DNA of 64,000 bases from positions 40,206 to 104,205 of the forward strand of contig JBBSIC010000001.1 of NCBI GenBank assembly GCA_038232275.1, written 5' to 3'. Below the pieces are notes generated by a model, which saw only the letters and a program-made list of their open reading frames with translations, did not search any database and was not told where the DNA came from. Positions 16,635 through 26,402 of this stretch are shown piece by piece. This DNA comes from Solirubrobacterales bacterium. Lineage in GTDB: Bacteria; Actinomycetota; Thermoleophilia; Solirubrobacterales; Solirubrobacteraceae. Made by a program: the position numbers and the translations under genes. The first letter of the stretch is position 1; each line of letters opens with the position of its first letter.

Positions 16635-17702
16635 ATGTGGCATCTTCGCGACAGCATGCACGCTTCCCGGGTACGAACCCTCATCTCACTGGGCGCGGTC
16701 TCGGCCTTCCTGAACGCGGCGGCACCCGCCACCGCGCAGGCTCCGACGCCGACCCCCGCGGCGCCGGCTCCGGCGCCGCCGGCCCCCGCGCCCACCGTCG
16801 CCCCACCGGTCCCCACACCGACGCCTGCCGGAGCCGTCGCCGGCAAGCTCGCCGTCTCCTTCAAGGCGCCCTACCGCGACAAGGGCCACCGCGTCGCCCT
16901 GCGCGGCGATCGGGTGGCTGTCCGCGGAGCGCTGAGTCCGGCCGTCCCCGGCCAGCGCGCGATCGTCGAGCTCACACACGGTCACAGGACCCTGGCGCGA
17001 CGCCACGTCACGATCGGCCCCGACGGCGCCTTCGGACTGCGCCTGCGCCTACGCGGGACCGGCACGCTCGCCGTCCGGGCGCTGCATAAGCCCACCGGCG
17101 AGCTGCAGGCCGCGCGCTCGCGGGCCGCGCGCGTCGTGGTCCTCTCGCCGCGCCTGCACTTCGGCTCCCACGGGGCGTTGGTGCGCCTGTTCACGCGCGC
17201 GCTGGACCGGCTGAGGTACCCGGTCGGCGAGACGGGCTCCTACGACGCCGCCACCGGCCGCGCCGTGATGGCCTACCGCAAGGTCAACAGCCTGCGGCGG
17301 CTCCAGACGCCGAGCGGCGCCATCGTCCGCAGGGTCCTCTCCGGCAGGGGCGGCTACCACGTGCGCCACCCCACCACGGGCCATCACGTCGAGGTCGACC
17401 TCTCGCGCCAGATCGTCGCGCTGGTCGACGGCGACCGGCTCGTCCGGGTCTACCCCACGTCCTCGGGCAAGTCCTCGACCCCGACGGTCCGGGGCGCGTT
17501 CCGCTTTTACTCCAAGACGCCTGGGACGAACGCCAAGGGCATGCTGGACTCGAACTACTTCGTCGGCGGCTACGCCATCCACGGCTATCCGGACGTCCCC
17601 GCCTACAACGCCAGCCACGGCTGCCTGCGCATCCCGAACGCCAACGCCGCGGCGGTCTACGGCTGGATCCGGCTCAGCGACCGCATCTTCGTGGAGCCGT
17701 AG
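16635..17702 (+). CDS. L,D-transpeptidase (YkuD domain) with signal peptide, Pro/Ala-rich linker, Ig-like and peptidoglycan-binding-like regions
   Basis: The catalytic motif is GYAIHGYPDVPAYNASHGCLRIPN (His...SHGCxR). The signal peptide is ...LISLGAVSAFLNAAAPATAQA. ATG 16656 is an alternative start. Confidence 0.9.
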   Translation: MWHLRDSMHASRVRTLISLGAVSAFLNAAAPATAQAPTPTPAAPAPAPPAPAPTVAPPVPTPTPAGAVAGKLAVSFKAPYRDKGHRVALRGDRVAVRGALSPAVPGQRAIVELTHGHRTLARRHVTIGPDGAFGLRLRLRGTGTLAVRALHKPTGELQAARSRAARVVVLSPRLHFGSHGALVRLFTRALDRLRYPVGETGSYDAATGRAVMAYRKVNSLRRLQTPSGAIVRRVLSGRGGYHVRHPTTGHHVEVDLSRQIVALVDGDRLVRVYPTSSGKSSTPTVRGAFRFYSKTPGTNAKGMLDSNYFVGGYAIHGYPDVPAYNASHGCLRIPNANAAAVYGWIRLSDRIFVEP

Positions 17703-17708
17703 CGGCGC

Positions 17709-18461
17709 GTGCTCCCTTCGGCCACGCGGCGCATCCTCCAGATGCTCGACGAGGATGCGCTCGTGCTCGACGTGGGCGGCTGGGCGGCGCCCTTCAACCG
17801 CGCCACGCACGTCCTGGACCTCGCGCCGTACGAGACGCGCGGCGCGATGGGCAGCTACGGCCCGCCGCCCGAGCGCTTCAGCCCGGACACGTGGGCGATC
17901 CGGGACATCTGCGACCGCGACCCCTGGCCGTACGCGGACGACTCCTTCGACTTCGCCCTCTGCGTCACCACGCTCGAGGACATCCGCGACCCGATCGGGG
18001 CCTGCCGCGAGCTCTCGCGCGTCGCGAAGGCCGGCTACGTGGAGGTCCCCACCGTCGAGGCCGAGCTGATGTACAACGTGATGGGCGACGGCCGGTGGCT
18101 CGGCCACCAGCACCACCGCTGGTTTTGTGACCGCGAGGGCGACGGCCTGGTGTTCTGGCACAAGGATCCCGGCGTGCACTTCGACTGGCGCGTGCGCGTG
18201 CTGCCGCGCTGGCAGCCGCGGATGTCGCTGGAGGATCAGCTGCTCGGCGTCTTCTGGGAGGGGGAGCTGCCCGCGCGCGAGGAGCTGCGCATGTTCGACC
18301 GCGAGGCGATGTTCTCAGAGCTCGCCGAGCGCGTGCGCGCGAAGTTCCAGCCCACCGCCCGCGAGCTGCGCCTCAAGGAGCTGCGCGACCGGGCGGCGGG
18401 CCTCGCCGCGCGGGCGCGGGCGCCGGCGCGGCGGCTCGTCGAGCGCGCCCTCGACCGCTGA
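17709..18461 (+). CDS. Class I SAM-dependent methyltransferase (type 11-like)
   Basis: It shows LVLDVGGW..., DDSFDFALCVTTLEDIRDPIGACRELSRVAKAGYVEVP, a post-motif-I acidic residue and a motif III pattern. Confidence 0.7.
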   Translation: MLPSATRRILQMLDEDALVLDVGGWAAPFNRATHVLDLAPYETRGAMGSYGPPPERFSPDTWAIRDICDRDPWPYADDSFDFALCVTTLEDIRDPIGACRELSRVAKAGYVEVPTVEAELMYNVMGDGRWLGHQHHRWFCDREGDGLVFWHKDPGVHFDWRVRVLPRWQPRMSLEDQLLGVFWEGELPAREELRMFDREAMFSELAERVRAKFQPTARELRLKELRDRAAGLAARARAPARRLVERALDR

Positions 18462-18485
18462 GCCTGGGAGGCGTAGGGTCGCGTC

Positions 18486-19649
18486 GTGCGCGTCCTGATG
18501 GCCTCGACCCGCGGCGCCGGGCACTTCTTCCCCCTCGTCCCCTTCGCGGCGGCGCTGGCGCGGCGCGGCCACGACGTGCTCTTCGCGGGGCCGCCCGAGC
18601 TCGCCGGAAGCGCGGCCGCGGAGGCCTTTGCGTTCTGGCCCTTCGCCGACCCGCCGGCGGACGAGCTGGGCGCCGTCTGGTCGCGCGTGCCCTCGATGTC
18701 CCATGAGGAGGCCAACTTCGCCGTCCTCGCGGAGATCTTCGGCCGCCTCAACACCACGGCGGCGCTCCCGCGGCTGCGCGAGGCCTGCTCGACCTGGCGG
18801 CCCGACATCGTCGTGCGCGATCCGGCGATGTTCGGCGCCGCGCTCGCCGCGGAGGGGTCGGGCATCCCCCACGCGCGGGTGGCGATCGGCCTGGCCTCGA
18901 CGGAGGAGATGAGCCTGCGCACTGCCGCGTCGACGATCGACACGCTGCGCGGCGACGCCGGGCTCGCGCCGGACCCGGACGCCGAGACCCTGCGCGGCTC
19001 GCCCTATCTGACGTTCTGGCCGTCCTCCCTCGAGGATCCCGCCTGCGACGGGCAGCCCAAGACGGCGCGCTTTCACGATCCGCGTGCCGAGACGGCGGTG
19101 AGCGCCCTGCCGGACTGGTGGGACGGCGACGACGCCCCGCTGGTCTACGTGACCTTCGGGAGCGTCGCGGGCGGCTACCCGATGGGGGCGGGCGCCTACC
19201 CGGCGGCGGTCGAGGCCGCCGCCGGCCTCCCCGCCCGCGTGCTGTTCACCGTCGGGCACGGAGCGGACCTCGACGCGCTGCCGCCCGCGCCGCCGAACCT
19301 GCGCGTCGAGCGCTGGGTCCCGCAGGCGGACGTGTTGAGGGAGGCCGCGGCGGTCGTCTGCCACGGCGGCTCGGGCTCGACGCTGGGAGCGCTCGCGGCC
19401 GGCGTCCCGCTCGTCGTGGTCCCCCTGTTCGCCGACCAGCCCCTCAACGCCGCACGCGTGGCGGCGGTCGGCGCCGGGATCGCGGTCAAGCCGCCCTCAG
19501 CGGCGGGGATCCGCGACGGCGTGCTGGCGGCGCTCGCCGACCCCGAGTACCGCGCGCAGGCCGGGCGCCTGGCGCAGGAGATCCGCTCGCACCCGCCGGT
19601 CGACGACGCCGTGGCCTATTTGGAGCAGCGGGCGGGCATCCAGCCGTAG
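18486..19649 (+). CDS. GT1 family glycosyltransferase (MGT/UDP-glycosyltransferase-like, GT-B fold)
   Basis: The N-terminus is RGAGHFFPLVPFAAALARRGHDV. The C-terminal nucleotide-sugar region is CHGGSGSTLGALAAGVPLVVVPLFADQPLNA. Confidence 0.85.
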   Translation: MRVLMASTRGAGHFFPLVPFAAALARRGHDVLFAGPPELAGSAAAEAFAFWPFADPPADELGAVWSRVPSMSHEEANFAVLAEIFGRLNTTAALPRLREACSTWRPDIVVRDPAMFGAALAAEGSGIPHARVAIGLASTEEMSLRTAASTIDTLRGDAGLAPDPDAETLRGSPYLTFWPSSLEDPACDGQPKTARFHDPRAETAVSALPDWWDGDDAPLVYVTFGSVAGGYPMGAGAYPAAVEAAAGLPARVLFTVGHGADLDALPPAPPNLRVERWVPQADVLREAAAVVCHGGSGSTLGALAAGVPLVVVPLFADQPLNAARVAAVGAGIAVKPPSAAGIRDGVLAALADPEYRAQAGRLAQEIRSHPPVDDAVAYLEQRAGIQP

Positions 19650-19702
19650 CGCCACGGGCGGCGCGGATCGGCGGTGTGAATCGACCAGTTATCGGCTCGC
19701 GC

Positions 19703-20317
19703 TCAGTCCTCGCAGAGCTCGTCGAGCGCGCACAGGAAATAGCCGTACTTCCAGGTCCGCTTGAAGTCGTCGACGAGGAGGTCGGGCGGGCACTGCATGC
19801 GCAACAGCAGATTGTCGCGGAGCCTGCCCCTGACCTGTCCGTCGAAGCCCGGCAGCGTCCACGTGGGCCCGCCCTCCTTAGCCGACGGGTCGACCGATTC
19901 GCTCGAGGCCATCGTGGCGGCGAGATCCGCCATGGCGTCTCCGGATGAGAGCCCGTCCTTCTCCGCCTCCGCGAGCCACGAAGCCAACGTCTGGTGCAGG
20001 TCGGCGTCCGGGTCCAGATCGCCCTCGAACATCGCAGACTCGGCCGCTCGCGAGAGGTAGCCGAGGCGTGCGGCGGTCTGACCGGCGACCACGGCCGCCT
20101 TGGAGCACTCGCCCTGCGTGAGAGAGGGCAAGCCGACCTGCAGCTGCTCCAGCGTGTCGCGCGCGATCGGCGCCTCGCTCATGCCCTCGATGACGATCTG
20201 CTCGACCTCGGTGATCGCAACCTCGAGCTCGTCGCCGGACAACTCGGCCTGATCGTTCCGGCCCGCCGCCGGCATGTGGGCGGGAGGATCGGTCTTGTCA
20301 CGCCGAAGGAACCCCAC
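19703..20317 (-). CDS. Hypothetical acidic protein (orphan; no family recognised)
   Basis: The translation is coherent and non-repetitive (…[27 protein letters not shown]…[19 protein letters not shown]). GC is visibly lower than in neighbouring genes. Confidence 0.5.
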   Translation of the reverse strand: MGFLRRDKTDPPAHMPAAGRNDQAELSGDELEVAITEVEQIVIEGMSEAPIARDTLEQLQVGLPSLTQGECSKAAVVAGQTAARLGYLSRAAESAMFEGDLDPDADLHQTLASWLAEAEKDGLSSGDAMADLAATMASSESVDPSAKEGGPTWTLPGFDGQVRGRLRDNLLLRMQCPPDLLVDDFKRTWKYGYFLCALDELCED

Positions 20318-20393
20318 CCGTCAATACTCGCACAGTTGGACGGCACAGGATGGGATCGGCGGAACGCCGGCAGGGAATTGCATCGGTTCGCCG

Positions 20394-20651
20394 TCAGCGT
20401 GCTGTGCAGGCCTGCTCGGGAGTCAGCGCGAGATCTCGGCTCACGAGATACCGAAGGTCGCAGCTGACCAGCCGGGCACCGGCCGTTCGTGCACCGGCGA
20501 CGTAAGCGGCGTCGTAGACCGACACACCGGCGAGCTCGAGCGTTGCCACGGGCGCGACGTCCGAGAACAGTCGGCGCGCGGCGGCGTGCTGGTCGTCGTC
20601 TGCGTCCTCTCGGGCCAAGAGCACGCTCGCGTCGGCGAACCAGACGGTCAC
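20394..20651 (-). pseudogene. Internally deleted PIN-domain (VapC-like) toxin remnant
   Basis: [29 protein letters not shown]... matches a PIN N-terminus with the conserved Asp. ...[31 protein letters not shown] matches the PIN C-terminal S-x-YDA-x-Y and T/S-x-D blocks. It is only about 85 aa, so about 45-55 central residues are missing. Confidence 0.4.
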
Positions 20652-20844
20652 GCCGGCGGCCGATGACGCTTGAGCTCCTCCACGCCTCGACCACCGTGGC
20701 GGCCCGGCGAGCGCATGAGCTCCTCGACTCGACGAGCCCGCGCTTCCCCCGCTGACGCAGGCCCTCATCGACGTAGTTCTGCAGCTGGGCATGGTGGAGG
20801 GCGATGGACATCCCGCGTCGATCACGCGATGATGGGTTCTGACC

Positions 20845-21279
20845 GTGGACACCTCCATCGCTCGCGTGCTGGTCGTCGCCAACAAGACGGCCGCGACCCC
20901 GGCGCTCATCGACGTCGTCCGCATGCGCGCCGCCGCAGGGCCGGCGATGTTCTTCCTTCTCGTCCCGAACCCGGACCACCTGGCGTTCGACCGCGAGGGC
21001 GAGGACGTCCGCCACGGCGAGCAGGTGCTCGCGCTGGCGCTGCCGTTGCTCGAGGCGGCGGCCGGCAGGGGGATGGACGGCCGCGTGGCGCACAGCCCCA
21101 ACGCCTACGACGACATCGTGGAGGAGCTCGAGCGCTACGACTACGACGAGGTCATCCTGTCGACGCTGCCGACGCACGTGTCGCACTGGCTGCACCTCGA
21201 CCTCCCCCGCCGCGTGGCCGGGCTCGGCTACCCGCTCACGACGGTCACGGCAACCCACAGGCGCAAGGTCCCGGAGTAG
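20845..21279 (+). CDS. Conserved hypothetical protein, universal-stress-protein-like alpha/beta fold (tentative)
   Basis: [37 protein letters not shown]...[25 protein letters not shown] is present. The start is GTG. The function is only a pattern-based guess. Confidence 0.5.
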   Translation: MDTSIARVLVVANKTAATPALIDVVRMRAAAGPAMFFLLVPNPDHLAFDREGEDVRHGEQVLALALPLLEAAAGRGMDGRVAHSPNAYDDIVEELERYDYDEVILSTLPTHVSHWLHLDLPRRVAGLGYPLTTVTATHRRKVPE

Positions 21280-21353
21280 CCCGCCGCCCTCGGGCCGTCT
21301 GGGACTGCGGCTACCGAGCGGGCGGACGTTGAATCGGGGTTCCGCCGCGCCGG

Positions 21354-22016
21354 CTAGTCCGGCGCGGAGACGCCGAGCCCGATCGGGCAGGCGACGCCGG
21401 TGCCGCCGAGCCCGCAGTAGCCGTTCGGGTTCTTGGCCAGGTACTGCTGGTGGTAGTCCTCGGCGTAGAAGAACTCGCTCGCCGGGGCGATCTCCGTGGT
21501 GATCTCGCCGCGGCCGGCGTCGAGGAGGGCGCTGGCGTAAGCCTCGCCGGACGCGGCGGCCGCCTTCGCCTGCTCGTCGGAGAGCGTGTAGATCGCCGAC
21601 CGGTACTGGGTGCCGACGTCGTTGCCCTGGCGCATGCCCTGGGTCGGGTCATGCCCCTCCCAGAACGCCTTGAGGATCTGGTCGTAGCCGATGACGGCCG
21701 GGTCGAAGACGACGAGGACGGCCTCCGTGTGGCCGGTGCGGCCCGAGCAGACCTCCTCGTAGGACGGGTTGGGCGTGGAGCCGCCCGCGTAGCCGACCGC
21801 GGTCGTGTAGACGCCGGGCATCTCCCAGAAGACGCGCTCGGCGCCCCAGAAGCAGCCCAGGCCGAAGACGGCCTGCTCGAGGTGGTCTCCGAACGGCGGC
21901 TTGAGCTGGCGGCCGCTGACGAAATGGGTGTCGGGGACGCGAACCGGGGTGTCGCGTCCGGGCAGCGCCTCGCCGGGCGCGGGCACGGTGGGCTTGTGGC
22001 GTGAGAAGAAAGGCAT
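21354..22016 (-). CDS. msrA: Peptide-methionine (S)-S-oxide reductase
   Basis: The active-site motif is GCFWGAE, followed by [23 protein letters not shown] and [12 protein letters not shown]. The start is ATG 22016 (MPFFSRHK...). Confidence 0.95.
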   Translation of the reverse strand: MPFFSRHKPTVPAPGEALPGRDTPVRVPDTHFVSGRQLKPPFGDHLEQAVFGLGCFWGAERVFWEMPGVYTTAVGYAGGSTPNPSYEEVCSGRTGHTEAVLVVFDPAVIGYDQILKAFWEGHDPTQGMRQGNDVGTQYRSAIYTLSDEQAKAAAASGEAYASALLDAGRGEITTEIAPASEFFYAEDYHQQYLAKNPNGYCGLGGTGVACPIGLGVSAPD

Positions 22017-22073
22017 GTCGGGTAGGAACCTCCTGCTGGTTTCCGTCCACGGAGGGTACCGAGCCGTTACCGG

Positions 22074-22964
22074 ATGATCGCCGCCACCGCCATTCCCGAA
22101 GACGCGACGCGACGCGCGCTGTCCTCCGTGCTCGCCGACGCCGGATGGCAGGTCTTCCACGCCCACGACGCCGACGAGGCCGTCGTCTTGTGCCGCCGCA
22201 CCGAGGCCGACGTCCTGCTCGTGGACGACACGTTCCCCGGCGGCGCGATCGGCCTGCTGGATCGCCTCAAGCACGACACCGAGCTGTTTCGCATCGCGGT
22301 CGTGATCGTGGGCGACGGGCTGGCCGTCGACGACGTCCTGTCGGCCATGAAGCGCGGCGCCGAGGACGTGCTGCGCACCCCCCTCGACCCGGCCGACGTG
22401 ATCGGACGGGCCACCGCCGCGGCGCGCACCAAGGCGCTCGTCAAGGAGCTCACCGCGCAGAACAATCGCTTCGAGGAGCTCGTGTTCTTCGACGAGCTGA
22501 CGGGCCTGCGCAACCGGCGCGCGATCATGCACGACCTGGAGATGCTCCTGGCCGGCGCCGAGCGCCACCACCACGCCCTCTCCGTCCTGATGCTCGACGT
22601 GGACAACTTCAAGGCGGTCAACGACGAGCACGGCCACCGCGTCGGCGACGAGGTCCTGCGCGAGGTCGCCAGGCGGCTGGAGGCCCGCCTGCGCCGCGCC
22701 GACGTGGCCGGGCGACCGGGCGGCGACGAGATGCTCGTGGTCCTGCCCGACACCAACGCCGCCGGTGCGGACGTGCTCGCCCGCTCGATCCGCGACGCCG
22801 TCGCCGGGACGCCGATGCTGACCTCGACCGGCCCGCTCGCGGTGACCGTCAGCCTCGGCTCCGCGGCCCGGAACGGCGAGGACGTCGAGATGCTGATCGA
22901 GCGCGCCGACCGCGCACTGTACGCCGCCACGGCGGCCGGCCGCGACCAGGTGGCGACGGCGTGA
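22074..22964 (+). CDS. Response-regulator receiver domain fused to a GGDEF diguanylate cyclase domain
   Basis: The REC domain shows [12 protein letters not shown]. The GGDEF domain shows [12 protein letters not shown], and [14 protein letters not shown] gives an RxxD I-site 5 residues before a GGDEM variant of GG(D/E)EF. Confidence 0.9.
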   Translation: MIAATAIPEDATRRALSSVLADAGWQVFHAHDADEAVVLCRRTEADVLLVDDTFPGGAIGLLDRLKHDTELFRIAVVIVGDGLAVDDVLSAMKRGAEDVLRTPLDPADVIGRATAAARTKALVKELTAQNNRFEELVFFDELTGLRNRRAIMHDLEMLLAGAERHHHALSVLMLDVDNFKAVNDEHGHRVGDEVLREVARRLEARLRRADVAGRPGGDEMLVVLPDTNAAGADVLARSIRDAVAGTPMLTSTGPLAVTVSLGSAARNGEDVEMLIERADRALYAATAAGRDQVATA

Positions 22965-23386
22965 GCCAGGACATCGCCTATGCCAGGCTCGAGGCGGACG
23001 CGGCGGAGCACCGCTTCCAGCGCCTGCGCGCCGCGCTCGGCGTCACCAGCTTCGGCATCAACCAGATCGTGCTCGAGCCAGGGCAGCGGATGCGCGTGCA
23101 CATCCACGAGCGCCAGGAGGAGGTCTACCTCGTCCTCGCGGGAGCGCTCACGCTGCGCTTCGACGCCGGCGAGGAGCGGGTCCTCGAGCCGGGTGAGCTC
23201 GCACGGGTCGGCCCCGGCGTGCGCCGTCAGCTCGTGAACCGGGGAGGCGAGCGCGCCGAGGTGCTCGCTCTCGGCGGCCACGGCGAGCACGAGGGCCGCG
23301 ACGCGCGGGCCTGGGGCGACTGGGACGAGCCCGGCGAGGGCCGCTCACCGGCCGACGTCCCGCTTCCCGGCGACGAGCCGGCGTAG
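22961..23386 (+). CDS. Cupin domain protein
   Basis: GTG 22961 overlaps the upstream TGA (GTGA). The cupin-like core is [28 protein letters not shown]...[15 protein letters not shown]. Confidence 0.7.
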   Translation: MSQDIAYARLEADAAEHRFQRLRAALGVTSFGINQIVLEPGQRMRVHIHERQEEVYLVLAGALTLRFDAGEERVLEPGELARVGPGVRRQLVNRGGERAEVLALGGHGEHEGRDARAWGDWDEPGEGRSPADVPLPGDEPA

Positions 23387-23422
23387 CCGGCGGCGCGTCT
23401 GTCGAGCGGACCGAACCGCTCC

Positions 23423-24367
23423 CTACCCAGCCAGGCCGTGAGCGCCCCGACCCGCCGGGCGACCCGCGGCGAGCACGCTCCAGACCATCGCCAGCCACAG
23501 GACGGCGGCCAGCGAGGCGTGCACCCAGACGATCTCGGGGGGCAGGGCGTTGTAGTACTGGACCAGGCCGATGACGCCTTGGAGCGCGATCAGCACGGCG
23601 ACGGCCGTCAGCGCGCGCATGAGGTTGCGGTCCGCGCCCTTGACCCGCGCGAAGACCCACAGCGCGACCGCGAGGCCGCCGAGGACCGCCGCGGCGTGCC
23701 CGTGCCAATGGATGAGCGTGCGCAGGGAGACGACGCTCAGGCGCTCCACGTAGTCGTGCGTGCCCGCGCCGCCCGCGTGCGGGCCGGCCGCCGTGGCGAA
23801 GCTGCCGGCCACGAGCACGAGGCCGCCGTAGACGGTCAGCGCCCGGGTGACGAGCACGATCGGCGCATCGTGCGCCGGCGCCGGCGCGCCGGCGGGCCGG
23901 TGCACGCGCCAGACGAGCACCGCGGCGGCGATCAGCAGCGCGCAGGTCGTCACGTAGTGGGCGAGCACGACCTCCCAGGAGAGGTCCAGCAGCACGGTCA
24001 GGCCGCCGAGGCCGGCCTCGACGAGGATCCCGAGGACCAGGACCAGGGCCGGCCAGACGAACTCGCGCCGGAAGGGCCGCAGCCGGAAGGCGCCGATCGC
24101 GGCGAGCAGGCACGGCAGCCCGACGACGCCGGTCACCAGGCGGTTGCCGAACTCGATCAGCTGGTGGGTCTGCAGCGGCGGCAGGAAGCCGCCGTTGCAC
24201 TTGGGCCAGTTCGGGCAGCCGAGCCCGGAGCCCGTCAGCCGGACCGCGGCGCCCGTGAAGATGATCAGCGTCAGCGTGAACAGCGACGCGTGGGCGATCC
24301 GGCGGTACTGGCGCTCGTCGAGCGTCAAGCGCTCAGGGCGAGCTTTGACCGGCTGCGTGAGGGCCAT
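23423..24367 (-). CDS. ctaA: Heme A synthase (COX15/CtaA family)
   Basis: AVRLTGSGLGCPNWPKCNG is present. About 8 TM segments carry conserved His residues (LIHWHGHAAA, WVHASLA). The start is set at MALTQPVK (24367). Confidence 0.85.
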   Translation of the reverse strand: MALTQPVKARPERLTLDERQYRRIAHASLFTLTLIIFTGAAVRLTGSGLGCPNWPKCNGGFLPPLQTHQLIEFGNRLVTGVVGLPCLLAAIGAFRLRPFRREFVWPALVLVLGILVEAGLGGLTVLLDLSWEVVLAHYVTTCALLIAAAVLVWRVHRPAGAPAPAHDAPIVLVTRALTVYGGLVLVAGSFATAAGPHAGGAGTHDYVERLSVVSLRTLIHWHGHAAAVLGGLAVALWVFARVKGADRNLMRALTAVAVLIALQGVIGLVQYYNALPPEIVWVHASLAAVLWLAMVWSVLAAGRPAGRGAHGLAG

Positions 24368-24452
24368 GCGCACCCCATTGAAGCGGACTCGCGCCGGACG
24401 GCGCCGCGCAGCGGCGGGGAGGCGCCCGGCGCTGCCGCTACCGTCGCGCCGG

Positions 24453-26402
24453 ATGACGCCGCGCATCGCCCTCTGCACCCGGGAGCTGCACCCGTTCATC
24501 GGCGGAGGGATCGCCCCGATCGTCCACGCGCTGTCCGGGGTGCTCAGCAAAGGTGCCGACGTCACGCTGATCACGACGGCGGCGCACCGGGAGCGCTACG
24601 AGGAACTGCTGGCCGAGGGCCCGGTGTTCGCGCCCGGCGTGCGGGTCGTCTTCGTGCAGGAGCCGCCGCCGGAGCGCGGCTACTACTACTCGTGGCTGCA
24701 GGGCTGGAGCCACCGCCTGTACGCGGGGCTCGTCGAGGCCTTCCCCGACGGCGGGCCCGACCTTGTGGAGTTCCCGGACTACCTCGCCGAGGGCTTCGTC
24801 ACCGTCCAGGCCCGCCGCACCGGCGACCCGCGCCTGCGCAACACGACCGTCGCCGTGCGCCTGCACACGACGACGGAGATCGTCTCCGTGCTCAACGGCC
24901 ACCAGGGCCAGGAGCTCGAGACGCAGGCCATCTACGAGATGGAGCGCCACTGCCTAGCCAACGCCGACCGGCTGCTGTGGCCCGGCGGCGACGTGCTCGC
25001 GACCTATGAGCGCTACTACGGCGAGCACACCCTCGCTCCCGCGGTCGAGATCCCCGACGCCTTTTTGATCCAGCGCGAGCACCCCGCCCCCGAGGTCGTG
25101 GGCGAGGGGCCGCTCAAGCTCCTGTACCTGGGCCGCATGGAGCGCCGCAAGGGCGTCCACAACCTCGTACGGGCGATGGCCTCGCTCGCGCACGACGACT
25201 GGCGGCTGACCCTGCTCGGCGGCGACACCCCGACCGGCCCGCTCGGCACGTCGATGCGCTCGAACCTGGCGATGATGACCGCGGCCGACGAGCGCTTCGA
25301 CCTCCACGAGCCCGTGCCGCGCGAGGAGGTGGGCAGGATGATCGTCGCCCACGACGCGGTGGTCGTGCCCTCGCTGTGGGAGTGCTGGCCGAACGTCGCC
25401 CGCGAGGCGCTGCTGCACGATCGCCCGCTGCTCGCGACGCCGGTCGGCGGCCTGGTCGCCTTCGTGCGCCCGGGCGAGAGCGGCTGGCTGGCGCGCGACA
25501 CGGGCGTCGGCGCGCTGTGCGACCTGCTCGAGCCGCTCGTCTCAGAGCCCGAGCAGGTGCGCGAGCTCGCTCGCTCCGGCGGGCCGAGCCGGCTCCTGGC
25601 CCGGCTCACGGACCCGGCCATGATCCTGGGGCGCTACCTGGACGCGATCGGGATCGCGAGCGCCGCACGGCCGCGGCGTAGGACGCGCACGCCGCTGGTC
25701 TCGGTCGTCATCCCGTACTACCAGCTCGACGCGTTCGTCTCCGAGACGCTCGCGTCCGTCGCGGCCCAGACGTACACGAACCTCGAGACGATCGTCGTCA
25801 ACGACGGCTCGCTGCGCGTCCAGGACGCCTTCCTCGAGCCGCTGCCGGTCCGGCTCGTCACGCAGCGCAACCGCGGCCTGGGCGCCGCGCGCAACCTCGG
25901 CGTCGCCGCCGCGCGCGGGCGCTTCGTCCTCCCGCTGGACGCCGACGACCTGCTCGAGCCCGACTTCGTCGAGTCCTGCGTGCGGGCACTGGTCGCCGAC
26001 GACGACATCGCCTACGTGGGCACCTGGTCGCGCTTCGTCGACGAGGACGGCCGTCAGATCGAGGGCGCCGACCCCGGCTACGCGCCGCTGGGCAACTGGT
26101 CGCGCCTGGCCGACGTCCAGAACGTCGCCGGCAGCGCCAGCGCGCTGCTGCGCCGCTACCTGTTCGACGTTGGCTTCGCCTACAGCCCGGAGCTGACCAG
26201 CTACGAGGACTGGCTGTTCTATCTGCAGCTGCGCGACGCGGGCCACGTGGGCGCGATCATCCCGCGGTCGCTGCTGAAGTACCGGATCCGCCGCAGCTCG
26301 ATGCTGCGCTCCACCGGCACCGACAACCTGGAGCGCCTGCGCGGAGAGGTCCTGGCCCATCTCGCCGAAGGAGGCATGCAGTGGACGTCTCAGAGCGCCT
26401 GA
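24453..26402 (+). CDS. Two-domain glycosyltransferase: N-terminal GT4 (GT-B) fused to C-terminal GT2 (GT-A)
   Basis: The GT4 E-x7-E motif is ECWPNVARE inside PSLWECWPNVAREALLHDRPLLATPVGG. The GT2 part shows LVSVVIPYYQ...IVVNDGS...LPLDADDLL. The start is ATG 24453 (MTPRIALCTRELHPFIGGG). Confidence 0.85.
   Translation: MTPRIALCTRELHPFIGGGIAPIVHALSGVLSKGADVTLITTAAHRERYEELLAEGPVFAPGVRVVFVQEPPPERGYYYSWLQGWSHRLYAGLVEAFPDGGPDLVEFPDYLAEGFVTVQARRTGDPRLRNTTVAVRLHTTTEIVSVLNGHQGQELETQAIYEMERHCLANADRLLWPGGDVLATYERYYGEHTLAPAVEIPDAFLIQREHPAPEVVGEGPLKLLYLGRMERRKGVHNLVRAMASLAHDDWRLTLLGGDTPTGPLGTSMRSNLAMMTAADERFDLHEPVPREEVGRMIVAHDAVVVPSLWECWPNVAREALLHDRPLLATPVGGLVAFVRPGESGWLARDTGVGALCDLLEPLVSEPEQVRELARSGGPSRLLARLTDPAMILGRYLDAIGIASAARPRRRTRTPLVSVVIPYYQLDAFVSETLASVAAQTYTNLETIVVNDGSLRVQDAFLEPLPVRLVTQRNRGLGAARNLGVAAARGRFVLPLDADDLLEPDFVESCVRALVADDDIAYVGTWSRFVDEDGRQIEGADPGYAPLGNWSRLADVQNVAGSASALLRRYLFDVGFAYSPELTSYEDWLFYLQLRDAGHVGAIIPRSLLKYRIRRSSMLRSTGTDNLERLRGEVLAHLAEGGMQWTSQSA

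Noticed and set aside
20655-20811. An intact antitoxin gene upstream of the PIN remnant.
   Set aside because: None of the three minus-strand frames gives a continuous antitoxin-like ORF from ATG 20811 to the GTGA junction at 20651. The region appears degraded, so I did not list it as a feature.
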